DNA of 64,000 bases from Promethearchaeota archaeon (lineage in GTDB: Archaea > Asgardarchaeota > Lokiarchaeia > Sigyniarchaeales > SOKP01), in NCBI GenBank assembly GCA_019058445.1, contig JAHPZA010000002.1, positions 32,001 through 96,000 on the forward strand. The letters run 5' to 3'. The position numbers and the translations under genes are program-made. The notes below the pieces were generated by a model. The model was given only the letters and a program-made list of their open reading frames with translations. It searched no databases and was not told the DNA's origin. Each line of letters begins with the position of its first letter. Position 1 is the first letter of the stretch. Positions 30,547 through 40,096 of this stretch are shown here, piece by piece.

Positions 30547-30701
30547 TAACATGAGGTAATGTATTGATTTGGTAAGAAGTCGTAAATGGTGATAAAAACA
30601 TACAAAAGAAAGATACTAAATTAGATTCTCATAGGGAAGGCTCTCATGATAAGTTAGATATTCAAAAACAAAAAGATGATTTAATCCTAAATATAGAAAT
30701 C

Positions 30702-31370
30702 ATGAAATTAATGAGTAGTCTTACTCGATTCCGTATTTTGCTACTCTTATTAATTTATCCTAAATTAAGTTTATCTGAGTTCAGCAATTTACTAGGACGT
30801 ACTAAATCCACAATACATCATCATTTAAAAAAATTTGAAAATTTAGATATATTAAGTACTAGCAGAAAGCCGGTTCCATCGTATATTGATGCTAAAATAT
30901 ACGCTTTAAAACCAGATTTCCTAAAAATATTAAATTTAAAGTTTGAGGATTTTAAAAAATTTTCTGCAAAAGAAAAACAAACGATTTTACCTTATGTTTT
31001 ATCGAAAGACATAGAGATATTTGAAGTGATTAAGAATCTATTTGAACAAGTAGTTTTACTCTATAAGACCATTGATAAAGCTGGTATTACTAGTGATCAG
31101 AAATCATCTAATGAGTATTCGAATTTTTATATGAGTAGTCCTATAAAATACGACATTTGGTTTCTTAATAAAGAAGAACTTGAATTATTCAATGATTCTT
31201 TATTAGATTTTAAGAATAAATTAAATAAAATGCACAAGGAAGATAATAAGCAAAATAAAAATGATAGAAAACCTTTTCTGATTTTAAATTCAATTTTTCC
31301 AATGGAAAAATTACTAAAATATGATTCTGATACAAAAAAATTCATTAAGTTCTATAAAGCACTAGAATAA
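30702..31370 (+). CDS. ArsR-like winged-helix regulator
   Basis: SSLTRFRILLLL...TKSTIHHHLKKF. Start uncertain: the frame is open from 30576. Confidence 0.8.
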   Translation: MKLMSSLTRFRILLLLLIYPKLSLSEFSNLLGRTKSTIHHHLKKFENLDILSTSRKPVPSYIDAKIYALKPDFLKILNLKFEDFKKFSAKEKQTILPYVLSKDIEIFEVIKNLFEQVVLLYKTIDKAGITSDQKSSNEYSNFYMSSPIKYDIWFLNKEELELFNDSLLDFKNKLNKMHKEDNKQNKNDRKPFLILNSIFPMEKLLKYDSDTKKFIKFYKALE

Positions 31371-31435
31371 AGGCGTTAAAGTTAACCAAATGAATTCTCA
31401 TCTCACATATATATTTCATTGGAAGATTATTTAAA

Positions 31436-32008
31436 TTGTCTAATGAATTAATTAAAGTAAAATATATACTGGTGATTATCAAATTGGAAACAAAATCTTT
31501 AATGGAGAAAGCAGTAAAGTTTCATGGGCATTCTTGCCCTGGTGTTACAATTGGCGTATTAGTTTCAAAATATATATTGGAGCATGATAATGATTTTAGT
31601 ATAGATGAAGAACTGGTTGCTGTTGTTGAAAACGATAATTGCAGTGTTGATGCACTTCAAGCTTTATTAGGGACTACCTATGGCAAAGGGAATTTAATTC
31701 ATCTTGATTACGGTAAAAATAATTTTACTTTTTATAATAGAGATAATAAAAAGGCAGTGAAGCTATCTCTGAAGAATCTTAGTTTTGGAGATAGAAATTT
31801 GCCCCGGGAAGAGAGAATCCAAAAGCTTCTTAATACAAATCCCGAAGATATTTTCAACATTGAAGAAGTAAAATTTGATCCACCGCAGTTCGCTCAAATT
31901 CACGAATCGATATTATGCGAAAACTGCGGAGATCCTACAATGAGCACACGTATTAAAGAATTTAAGGGTAAAAAACTATGTATCCCTTGTTATGAAAAAT
32001 TAAAGTAA
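31436..32008 (+). CDS. fmdE: FmdE/FwdE family protein with a C-terminal zinc finger
   Basis: FHGHSCPG, ENDNCSVDALQ, TYGKGNL, CENCG...CIPC. True start is probably slightly downstream. Confidence 0.92.
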   Translation: MSNELIKVKYILVIIKLETKSLMEKAVKFHGHSCPGVTIGVLVSKYILEHDNDFSIDEELVAVVENDNCSVDALQALLGTTYGKGNLIHLDYGKNNFTFYNRDNKKAVKLSLKNLSFGDRNLPREERIQKLLNTNPEDIFNIEEVKFDPPQFAQIHESILCENCGDPTMSTRIKEFKGKKLCIPCYEKLK

Positions 32009-32120
32009 AAGTTTTCCCTTAAACGAGATGGAACTCTTAAAAATTAAAATATTTATTAATGATTTAATTACTAATCTTAATTATTGTTTTGATGATTTAG
32101 ATTTTAATAACTTTTATATA

Positions 32121-32561
32121 ATGATTATAAGAGAATTTTCTGAGCATGATATTGATGAGATCACCTCTTTGATGAAAAAACTCTGTATAATGAAAGGCCA
32201 GGAGTTTGATGAGGAGAGGTGGAGGATTAGCTTGGAAAATCGTATGCGAAAAGAAAATTCAGAAGTTATAGTTGCTTTTGATAAAGATACGAATCAAGTT
32301 ATAGGGATGGCACAATGCTCCATTAGAAATTCCGATAATGGAGTTCGATTTGGGTATATTTCTAACTTGATTGTGAAAGAAGAAAAACGGAGAACTGGGA
32401 TCGGAGAAAACTTAATGAGATATATTGTAGATTATTTCAAAAAAAACCATATCCAATCAATTAGATTGTCCCTAAAAACAAATTTAGATGAAGCAGCTGT
32501 TACTTTATTTACGAAATTAGGATTTCAAGAAATTTTTCGTGTATTAGAATTAAATATATAA
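32121..32561 (+). CDS. GNAT family N-acetyltransferase
   Basis: ISNLIVKEEKRRTGIGENL, LFTKLGF. Confidence 0.9.
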   Translation: MIIREFSEHDIDEITSLMKKLCIMKGQEFDEERWRISLENRMRKENSEVIVAFDKDTNQVIGMAQCSIRNSDNGVRFGYISNLIVKEEKRRTGIGENLMRYIVDYFKKNHIQSIRLSLKTNLDEAAVTLFTKLGFQEIFRVLELNI

Positions 32562-32600
32562 TTTTAAATTGATTTTCACATAAAACAAATTGATAAAATT

Positions 32601-33845
32601 ATGATTAAGGAAATAAAAAAAGCAAATACGTTAATCGTAAGAGGTCCAACAAGAGTAACCTTATTAGAAGGGAAATTAGAAGTCCTTGGAAAAATGATAA
32701 GTCCAGATGAGAAAACGGATTTATCAGATCTTGCCGAATTAGAGGGAGAAAATGTAATCATCATTCCAAGCGCAAATACGCTTCCCTTATTTGCATTAGA
32801 AACATCTAAATTAGAAATTTATACGAATTCAGAAGAAAACTTAAAACTTATTACGGAAAATTCCATTCCAGAAAAATGGATCGAAATTAAGAATTCTTTA
32901 ATAAAAACGATAAGAACTAATAAAGCAAAGGGAAAACCAGTAAGAATTATGGTATTAGGTATAAGTAGCGGCAAAACTACAATAATTAAGTACTTAGCAA
33001 ATAATTTTCTTAGAGAGGGTTTCAAAGGCGGATATTTAGACTCCGATCTCGGTCAACAGATTATGTATCTCCCTACGACAATTTCAATTGGAGAACTCGA
33101 GGATTCGGTAATAGCAAGCGAAGATATTGAACCTGAAGATACCGTATTTATAGGAGCTACTTTTCCAAAAGGAAATTATAAGTTTATTGTTTCTCAATCA
33201 TGTAGAGATTTAATTGATAAATACTTAACAAGACACAAGGATACCGATTTTGTGTTAATCGATACAGATGGTTGGATAAAAACTGAAGCCGGAATTATTT
33301 ACAAATCGTTTTTTATAGATACCGTAGATCCTGATGTGATTATTGTGTTTCATGATGAGACAGTGGAAGAATTGACAATTCTAGAAAAACAAGCAGTTAA
33401 AACTCGAAAAGACAGAAAGATCCATCTTGTTAAAGAAATGAACCAGTATTTTTATGATAAAACTAAAGATGAGCGAAGATTTTTGAGACAGAGTCAATTT
33501 GCAAAGGTTTTAGAAAGTTATAGAAAAATAACCATTTCATTATCCCAAAATGAGATTCAATTTGTAAAAACAGATTATGACCCAGATACGAAGCAATCAG
33601 TGGAAAAAACCATCGATGTTGAAGATTTAATTAACCTTCCCTATCATTATGTAATTATTTCTTTACTTGATGAAAACTCTAATATGATTAAACTAGGACT
33701 TCTATTTACAATAAATATTGAAAAAGATTACGTCTTAATTTTTTCAGATTTATCGTATAAAGAGCAAATAAGAATAAAGAAAATTCTCCTTGGGAGCTTG
33801 CGTCTTTCCACAAAAGGCAACCACCAAGGATATCTTTATTTGTAA
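32601..33845 (+). CDS. Clp1/Grc3(Nol9)-type polynucleotide 5'-kinase
   Basis: SGKTT, LDSDLGQ, PTTI, IDTDGW, ERRFLR. Confidence 0.87.
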   Translation: MIKEIKKANTLIVRGPTRVTLLEGKLEVLGKMISPDEKTDLSDLAELEGENVIIIPSANTLPLFALETSKLEIYTNSEENLKLITENSIPEKWIEIKNSLIKTIRTNKAKGKPVRIMVLGISSGKTTIIKYLANNFLREGFKGGYLDSDLGQQIMYLPTTISIGELEDSVIASEDIEPEDTVFIGATFPKGNYKFIVSQSCRDLIDKYLTRHKDTDFVLIDTDGWIKTEAGIIYKSFFIDTVDPDVIIVFHDETVEELTILEKQAVKTRKDRKIHLVKEMNQYFYDKTKDERRFLRQSQFAKVLESYRKITISLSQNEIQFVKTDYDPDTKQSVEKTIDVEDLINLPYHYVIISLLDENSNMIKLGLLFTINIEKDYVLIFSDLSYKEQIRIKKILLGSLRLSTKGNHQGYLYL

Positions 33846-33956
33846 TTAATATACTCATCCTTCCATATTTTTTAAGGAAAAAGCAAACCAAAGAATAGCA
33901 TAGTATTCTTTCTGAAATAAAGAAAGTTTAAATAAGTTAAGCTTTTCTAAGTTTAT

Positions 33957-34715
33957 ATGGTAAATCTAATGTTTATAGGAATGGTATATGAACTTATTAT
34001 CATTATTATTGCCTCAATTTTTTTGTTCCTTGTTTTTAGAAAATATTCAGAAAGGCGTCATAGACTAACCCTGTACTTATTTATCATTTTCTTGAATTTT
34101 GTAATCGCTCTCATTTTTTCATGGCTTTCAAAAGTGTTACGCTTGTATTCTGGTCTCGAATATTTAATAGATCCTTCAGTTCCAGATCCTATGACTATTG
34201 AATCTTGGTTTTTACTTAGAATTGTAAGCTTTCGAATTACCATGATTTTTACCATCATTGCACTCTTATATAATTACATTCTAAAAATAAACCTTTTTGA
34301 GGCAGACGGTACTACTTCCAATAAAATTTACAATTACATTATCTATAGCTACGCGGGAGGTTCTATTGGTTATATGATAATTGTATATATAAAAGGAAAC
34401 TTTATCTTAGATCTTCTAACATTTGTACTGATTCTGATATATATATGCTTAGTTATGATCCCCCTTATGAAGAGTTGTCTTCAGGCATACAAGGCGGTGG
34501 ATGATCAATCCTTTAAAAGGGGTTTCTTATCTTTATTCCTTATGGCGCTCTCTATAATTCTCATCTTTGTTTGTCAGGTTATCGATCGAATCCTAATGAT
34601 CACGCTGAATATTATCGGGTATACTTTATTTTATTTCTTAGGGTGGAGTTTTGCAATAGTAGCAATCTTTTTCGCTTATTTCGGCTATATAAATCCCAAG
34701 AGCAAAAAGGAATAA
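33957..34715 (+). CDS. Seven-TM membrane protein
   Basis: Seven hydrophobic segments, ending YFGYINP. Confidence 0.8.
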   Translation: MVNLMFIGMVYELIIIIIASIFLFLVFRKYSERRHRLTLYLFIIFLNFVIALIFSWLSKVLRLYSGLEYLIDPSVPDPMTIESWFLLRIVSFRITMIFTIIALLYNYILKINLFEADGTTSNKIYNYIIYSYAGGSIGYMIIVYIKGNFILDLLTFVLILIYICLVMIPLMKSCLQAYKAVDDQSFKRGFLSLFLMALSIILIFVCQVIDRILMITLNIIGYTLFYFLGWSFAIVAIFFAYFGYINPKSKKE

Positions 34716-35046
34716 TCTTATATTTTTAATTTTCCTTTTTTTTAGCAATTTCCCTTAAATTTCTTGTTTTTCTGTAAATTTTCAATTGATATAAGCAAAA
34801 AATTATTAATATACCAATTCGGGAAATATTATGCGGAGTAAAGCAGAATAGTAAAACTGATTATTTTTATAAACACATCTTAGTTATTAGGAAATATACT
34901 AGCTAAAGGGGTTAAAGTTCCCTTTTTATAAAACCTGATTTTACTAGGTTTAAATATTATATTGACATAAGTGTAATTAATTTACATCTGTGTAAAAATC
35001 ATGTTAGAAATTAAAATTTAAATTAATTAAATAGAGGTGTGATATA

Positions 35047-36075
35047 ATGAAAGAAAGAAATTTAATGGTATTAGCTCTCTTAGGAGTCATAATTGGGGCA
35101 AGTGGTCTTGGATTTGGAACTTATTCTATCATGCAAATACAGACAGGAGCATTGGACGGAGATGATGGAGATGATGGAGATGATGGGGTTGACTGGCAAG
35201 CCCTATCAGAAGTTCATTACTGTTCTTCTCAATCTGAGATTGTTAACGCAATAAATAAAATCGGTACAGGTCATGGAACAATTATTATAACTAAAAACAT
35301 TACTCTTAGCTCTACAATAAGTATTGACGACGGAGGCCATTATATTATCCGAAGTGAAGGTCCTGTTACACTTAATCGCAATGCAAATGCCGAAACATTC
35401 TTAGTTACGAATGTACAATCTTTGACTATAAAAGATTTAATTATTGACGCAAGTGATATCACATCAACAACAATATCTGGAATAGAAATAAATGAAGCTA
35501 ACAATAATCCAGTGTATCTTCAAAACATCAAAATCTGTGGTGATAGTGAGGGTCGAGGAATTTATGTTAATTCTGAAAATGTCTGGATACAAAATTGCAT
35601 CATTAAAAGCTTTCGCTTTGGGATTTATATAGACGATTATAGTGCATACTGCCATATCTTTGATAATTCAATTCTCGAAATGAATCCTAGCAGTGGTTCT
35701 GCATATGGTATTTATTCAACTGAGTCCGAATACAATATGATTAGTGGTAATTTGATTCATGATATTGATGTTACAGGCACTTATTCTGTATGTGGCATTT
35801 TGTTAAGTAAATCTTATTATAGTAATACAGTTACAGGCAATATAATTAAGTCAATTAGTTCTGCTGGTGGTATTGTATATGGCATTTCTTTAGCATCTAG
35901 CAGACATATTGCGGCTACGGGTAATACATTATATGACTTAAATGGAGCCACTGAATATGGTATTTATGTAGATGGCCGTTATAATGCAGTTGTAGGAAAT
36001 GTACTTTATTCAGCAGGGATTATTGTTGTGAGCATTCCGACTGAAAATGAGGTATACCATAATTATGTTAATTAA
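35047..36075 (+). CDS. Membrane-anchored or secreted right-handed parallel beta-helix protein
   Basis: N-terminal hydrophobic helix, (GDD)3 linker, repeated GIY..N.I.GN.I units. Confidence 0.85.
   Translation: MKERNLMVLALLGVIIGASGLGFGTYSIMQIQTGALDGDDGDDGDDGVDWQALSEVHYCSSQSEIVNAINKIGTGHGTIIITKNITLSSTISIDDGGHYIIRSEGPVTLNRNANAETFLVTNVQSLTIKDLIIDASDITSTTISGIEINEANNNPVYLQNIKICGDSEGRGIYVNSENVWIQNCIIKSFRFGIYIDDYSAYCHIFDNSILEMNPSSGSAYGIYSTESEYNMISGNLIHDIDVTGTYSVCGILLSKSYYSNTVTGNIIKSISSAGGIVYGISLASSRHIAATGNTLYDLNGATEYGIYVDGRYNAVVGNVLYSAGIIVVSIPTENEVYHNYVN
35158..35184 (+). repeat. In-frame 9-nt tandem repeat GGAGATGAT x3 (Gly-Asp-Asp)
   Basis: Read directly from the sequence. Confidence 0.9.
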
Positions 36076-36331
36076 CATCTCTAAAATTCCTTTTTTTTTC
36101 TTTTCAATATTCATAAATAGGATTAGATGTGCTTCAGTATTTTAAATTTTGAGACATAAAAGGTAGTTACATGTCTCGGTAGCATGAAATAAATAGTAGA
36201 TCCACCGAAGACATAATAGTTTATGATTGGAATAAATTTTAGGATTTTATAGTAAATTCCAAATTTTTATAAATAATTAGAAAGTTAATATGCTTAAATT
36301 AGTTTTAATTTAACGCTTAAATAAATATTTA

Positions 36332-37789
36332 GTGTTTTCTATGGATGAGGATGGACTTTCTAAATTTATAGATTTGATGTCAAAAGATTTATCATATTCA
36401 GAAGCGGAATTAATCAATTTAGGAGAATCTTTTGGGATGGACTTATTTTCCACGGCCCCAATTAAGGATTCCACGGATGATGAGTATGTGGATAAAATAA
36501 GACAAAAATCTTTAGAAATATTGGAAAAATACAAAGATAATTATTTACCTCAATCTGACTTATTTTATGCTGGAAGTATCGATTTTATGGTCTGCGATGA
36601 GTCTGAAGGAAAGAAATTCTTCCTTTTAGAGACTAATGGAGGATCAAATAGGGGACTTTCATCCATAACCGAAAAACAACAGGAGATCATTTATGATGGA
36701 TATTTTGAGGCAATTGATCAAGCCGTTAAAAACAACAAACGGGGAGATAATAAAGTATTAGTTCTGGTGGGAGTTCCCGTCAATGACGGCTTAATTCATG
36801 AAAAAGTAATAATGGTCGATTATTTTCGAAATAAATTGCAAAAAAGAAATCTAATAGTGGAAATACTTGATATAAAGACCTTCAATCAAGCGTTTAAGGG
36901 GGATGTAACCTTTCTTATCGCCGATTATAAGCAATTATCTACAACACTTTCCTTTTCAGAAAATTGGGTAAAAATTAATGGGCAAAAGATAAGTGTATTG
37001 ATAGGTGATGGTATTGCAAGACGGTTGCATAATGAAGAATTTGTAAGGTTAATAAGGGAAGATTTTCGCAAAATTCACACTATCATTGTGAATCCAGTAT
37101 TTAGAATCACGGATGATAAATCGTTAACCTATTTGGCTAGTTATTTTGCGAAAGATATACTGGAAAAATATAATCTAAAATATCTTCTTTTTACTAAAGC
37201 TTATGATGAAAAAGAATTGATTGATAAAATCCACTATGTCATCACTAAATTTAAAAGACCATTCATAATTAAACCTGACGGAGGATCGGGGGGAGCTGGG
37301 GTTATTCCTATATCTCCAGAAGAAGATCTTTCTAATATCAAAAATCTCATTGAAGAAAGTAAAAAGGAATTCTTTGCGAAATTTATGAAAAACAGAAACC
37401 CCTTCCCTTATACCATCCAGGAAATGGCGGATTTTTCACTCATAACACCACCTTGGGATAAGAAAGGCAAACATACTTTCGATCTTAGAATTTATATGGC
37501 TCAAAAAGAAGGAATAATTATACCAATTGGAGGGTTGGCAAGGATCGCTAGGGAGAGTTATTCGGGGAGTTTGGATAAGCAAGAATTTGTAGTTAATTTG
37601 TCGGGCTATGATGGATTCATCGATATAAAACGCGGACGGGGTATTTCAGAAGAAATCAGCAAACTTCTAAATTTAAATTTTGATGATTATGTCAATATGT
37701 TTTGCATTGGATGTGTAATGTTTGTTAGCATGGCTAAAAATTATCAAAAAATAATGAATTTCTCAAGCTGGGACAAAACTATTGGATAG
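36332..37789 (+). CDS. Circularly permuted ATP-grasp ligase
   Basis: N-terminal IDFMV...LLETNGGS; C-terminal IIKPDGGSGGAGV, YTIQE, FDLRIY, GGLARIA, VVNLS. Confidence 0.82.
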   Translation: MFSMDEDGLSKFIDLMSKDLSYSEAELINLGESFGMDLFSTAPIKDSTDDEYVDKIRQKSLEILEKYKDNYLPQSDLFYAGSIDFMVCDESEGKKFFLLETNGGSNRGLSSITEKQQEIIYDGYFEAIDQAVKNNKRGDNKVLVLVGVPVNDGLIHEKVIMVDYFRNKLQKRNLIVEILDIKTFNQAFKGDVTFLIADYKQLSTTLSFSENWVKINGQKISVLIGDGIARRLHNEEFVRLIREDFRKIHTIIVNPVFRITDDKSLTYLASYFAKDILEKYNLKYLLFTKAYDEKELIDKIHYVITKFKRPFIIKPDGGSGGAGVIPISPEEDLSNIKNLIEESKKEFFAKFMKNRNPFPYTIQEMADFSLITPPWDKKGKHTFDLRIYMAQKEGIIIPIGGLARIARESYSGSLDKQEFVVNLSGYDGFIDIKRGRGISEEISKLLNLNFDDYVNMFCIGCVMFVSMAKNYQKIMNFSSWDKTIG

Positions 37790-37795
37790 TGTTGG

Positions 37796-38971
37796 ATGGT
37801 AATGGATATTGAAATTTTAAAGCATTTGTTGAACGTAAAAAAGCGAGAAGTGTTATTTGATAAAATTTTTGATGAATTAAAGGAATTTAGTAATAGTAAT
37901 TATGTAAAATTTGATACCTTCGAAACTTCTGAGGGAACGATCCCAGTCGTTTCGATTACAAAGAACTTGGATCCAAAAGAAGTTAAATTTGTGAAAGTGT
38001 TTGTTGGTGCTCAACATAACGAATATAACGGACTTTTTGGAATATTAAATTTTCTAAAACTAATTCAAAATCAAAAAATTAATGTGGATGAGATCTTAGA
38101 TAACCGTCAGATGCTGATCTTTCTTCCATTAATGAATCCCTATGGCTTTCTTAATCCCAGAAAAGATAATAAATCAGGATACTATCTGAAGAATGGAACA
38201 AACCTTAATCGATACTGGCGTCGTACATTTGCTCCCGAATTCCAAAATCTTAATGATGATCACAATGAGCATCCCATACCAGAACATACTAAGATAGTAA
38301 AGAAAATCCTAGAACCATATTGGGACCATGAAGATACTGCAATTTATATTTTAGATTTCCATGAAACCTCTTTGCTCCGAAGAGATCTAAACGATTTAGT
38401 TCAAAATTTACCCAAAGAATCAATAACGTATAAATTCGATCATGTTTATAAAGATATGATTATTCTAAACATCTTAAAAATGTATAATATCCCTTATTAT
38501 CGTGAACCTTTATTTAAGACCTGCGGACGCAATGCGAATCATAGGCACATACAACTATCAATGAAACAAATAGATATTGTGTGTGAAAAGCTCTTTGATT
38601 ATGTCTCCAATAATCATAACAAACTTCCGTTCTACTTCTGCTACAGCGAAAGGAGTAAAAAATATTGTCAAAAATTAGCAAACAGAGTGTATAATAAATT
38701 AAAAGCGAAAAAGACCTTGTGGGAAACTTGTTATCCTTCTATTAGCCACCAACATGTATATCATGGATGCATTGTGTTAATGAACGATGCAACACCACGA
38801 CCAAACGTCTATGCACTGGAAATTGAAGGTCATAAACAATTCTTCAATATATTCGAGGAGTTAGAAAAGTCAAAGACTGATCCTCAGTATTTTGATGAAA
38901 AGCTAAGAAGTATTAACATCAGTCTCGAGTTAATTGTTGAAAGCATAAGAGAAATGATTAAATTGTTTTAA
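37796..38971 (+). CDS. M14-like zinc carboxypeptidase / succinylglutamate desuccinylase fold
   Basis: GAQHNE, PLMNPYG, NLNRYW, ILDFHE, late ALEIE. Confidence 0.78.
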   Translation: MVMDIEILKHLLNVKKREVLFDKIFDELKEFSNSNYVKFDTFETSEGTIPVVSITKNLDPKEVKFVKVFVGAQHNEYNGLFGILNFLKLIQNQKINVDEILDNRQMLIFLPLMNPYGFLNPRKDNKSGYYLKNGTNLNRYWRRTFAPEFQNLNDDHNEHPIPEHTKIVKKILEPYWDHEDTAIYILDFHETSLLRRDLNDLVQNLPKESITYKFDHVYKDMIILNILKMYNIPYYREPLFKTCGRNANHRHIQLSMKQIDIVCEKLFDYVSNNHNKLPFYFCYSERSKKYCQKLANRVYNKLKAKKTLWETCYPSISHQHVYHGCIVLMNDATPRPNVYALEIEGHKQFFNIFEELEKSKTDPQYFDEKLRSINISLELIVESIREMIKLF

Positions 38972-38972
38972 T

Positions 38973-39956
38973 CTATGAATTAAAAAATCCAAGAGTCGCA
39001 CCAACTAATGCTAACTCATTTTTCTTCTGCATGTGCCCCCCTTTTCTTAATACTAACTGTCTTTCATCGGGAAGATTTAAAATCGATGTGTTTTCCTCAA
39101 AATTTATGAAGGGAATGATTTTATCGTTTTTAGCATGGACTAATAAGACTTTTTTTGAAAATTTCCTCCATTCAGAAGGGGACATCGTATCCTTTAGTCT
39201 TTCAATAACGATATAAGGCGAGAATTTTTGGTTTAATTCCTCATCTGGAAATAAATCAACTCCTTTCAAATGATAACTAAATCTTACAATAGGATTGGCG
39301 GTGGATATGCTTTGTTTATAATGAGACATTGACGAGACGGCGACGATTTTTTCTATGTTCTTGTTTGGAAATCCGGCACAAAGCACGGTTATAGCACCTA
39401 TACTAATCCCAAGGGCATAGAGCTTGACATGTTTAAGATCTTCATTACTTCTTATCCATTCAATGATGGAATTAAAATCGTCTATTCTTTTCAGAAAATC
39501 GGACCTTTGACCTGCTTTTTTAGATTCTCCAATTCCTCTTGCATCATAGGCTAAAATTATATATCCCTGAATAGCTAATGGATAATAATAATATTGAAGC
39601 GTTTCTTTTTTGTCTGAAAACCCACCACTTACTACAATTAACGCGTTTTTCGATTTAACAAGCTCTTTGTTTTTTGATTCTACTAAATCAGCATGAATAT
39701 TTTCCCCATCTACTTTGATTTTCAGCTTTTTAACTTCGAGAATTTTGAGACGTAGTGTCTCCCATCTGTCAAACCAAATATCTCTAAAGGTGAAATATAT
39801 TTCAAAAGGGGCATAAACCGTTAAAAAGGTGAGAACAGAGGCGATGAGTAATACCCGTAAAGTATTACTCCAAGAGGCATTGACATACCAGATGAATGCG
39901 CTCACCAAGAACGCAACAATAAAGACAATGATACGCTTATGGGTTTTAGTGAGCAA
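38973..39956 (-). CDS. Alpha/beta hydrolase with two N-terminal TM helices
   Basis: YDARGIGES, GISIG, HAKNDKII, GGH. Confidence 0.87.
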   Translation of the reverse strand: MLTKTHKRIIVFIVAFLVSAFIWYVNASWSNTLRVLLIASVLTFLTVYAPFEIYFTFRDIWFDRWETLRLKILEVKKLKIKVDGENIHADLVESKNKELVKSKNALIVVSGGFSDKKETLQYYYYPLAIQGYIILAYDARGIGESKKAGQRSDFLKRIDDFNSIIEWIRSNEDLKHVKLYALGISIGAITVLCAGFPNKNIEKIVAVSSMSHYKQSISTANPIVRFSYHLKGVDLFPDEELNQKFSPYIVIERLKDTMSPSEWRKFSKKVLLVHAKNDKIIPFINFEENTSILNLPDERQLVLRKGGHMQKKNELALVGATLGFFNS

Positions 39957-40096
39957 GTCTTATCATCACGAATTTAAAGTATATTAACAGCAATGAATAA
40001 TTTTCTAATCAAAAAAATAAAATTTTAAAAGGAATTAAAGTCTTTAGAAAAAATTAAATTATATCCTTTTATCAAATTCAACCTGGATAGCTTTCG

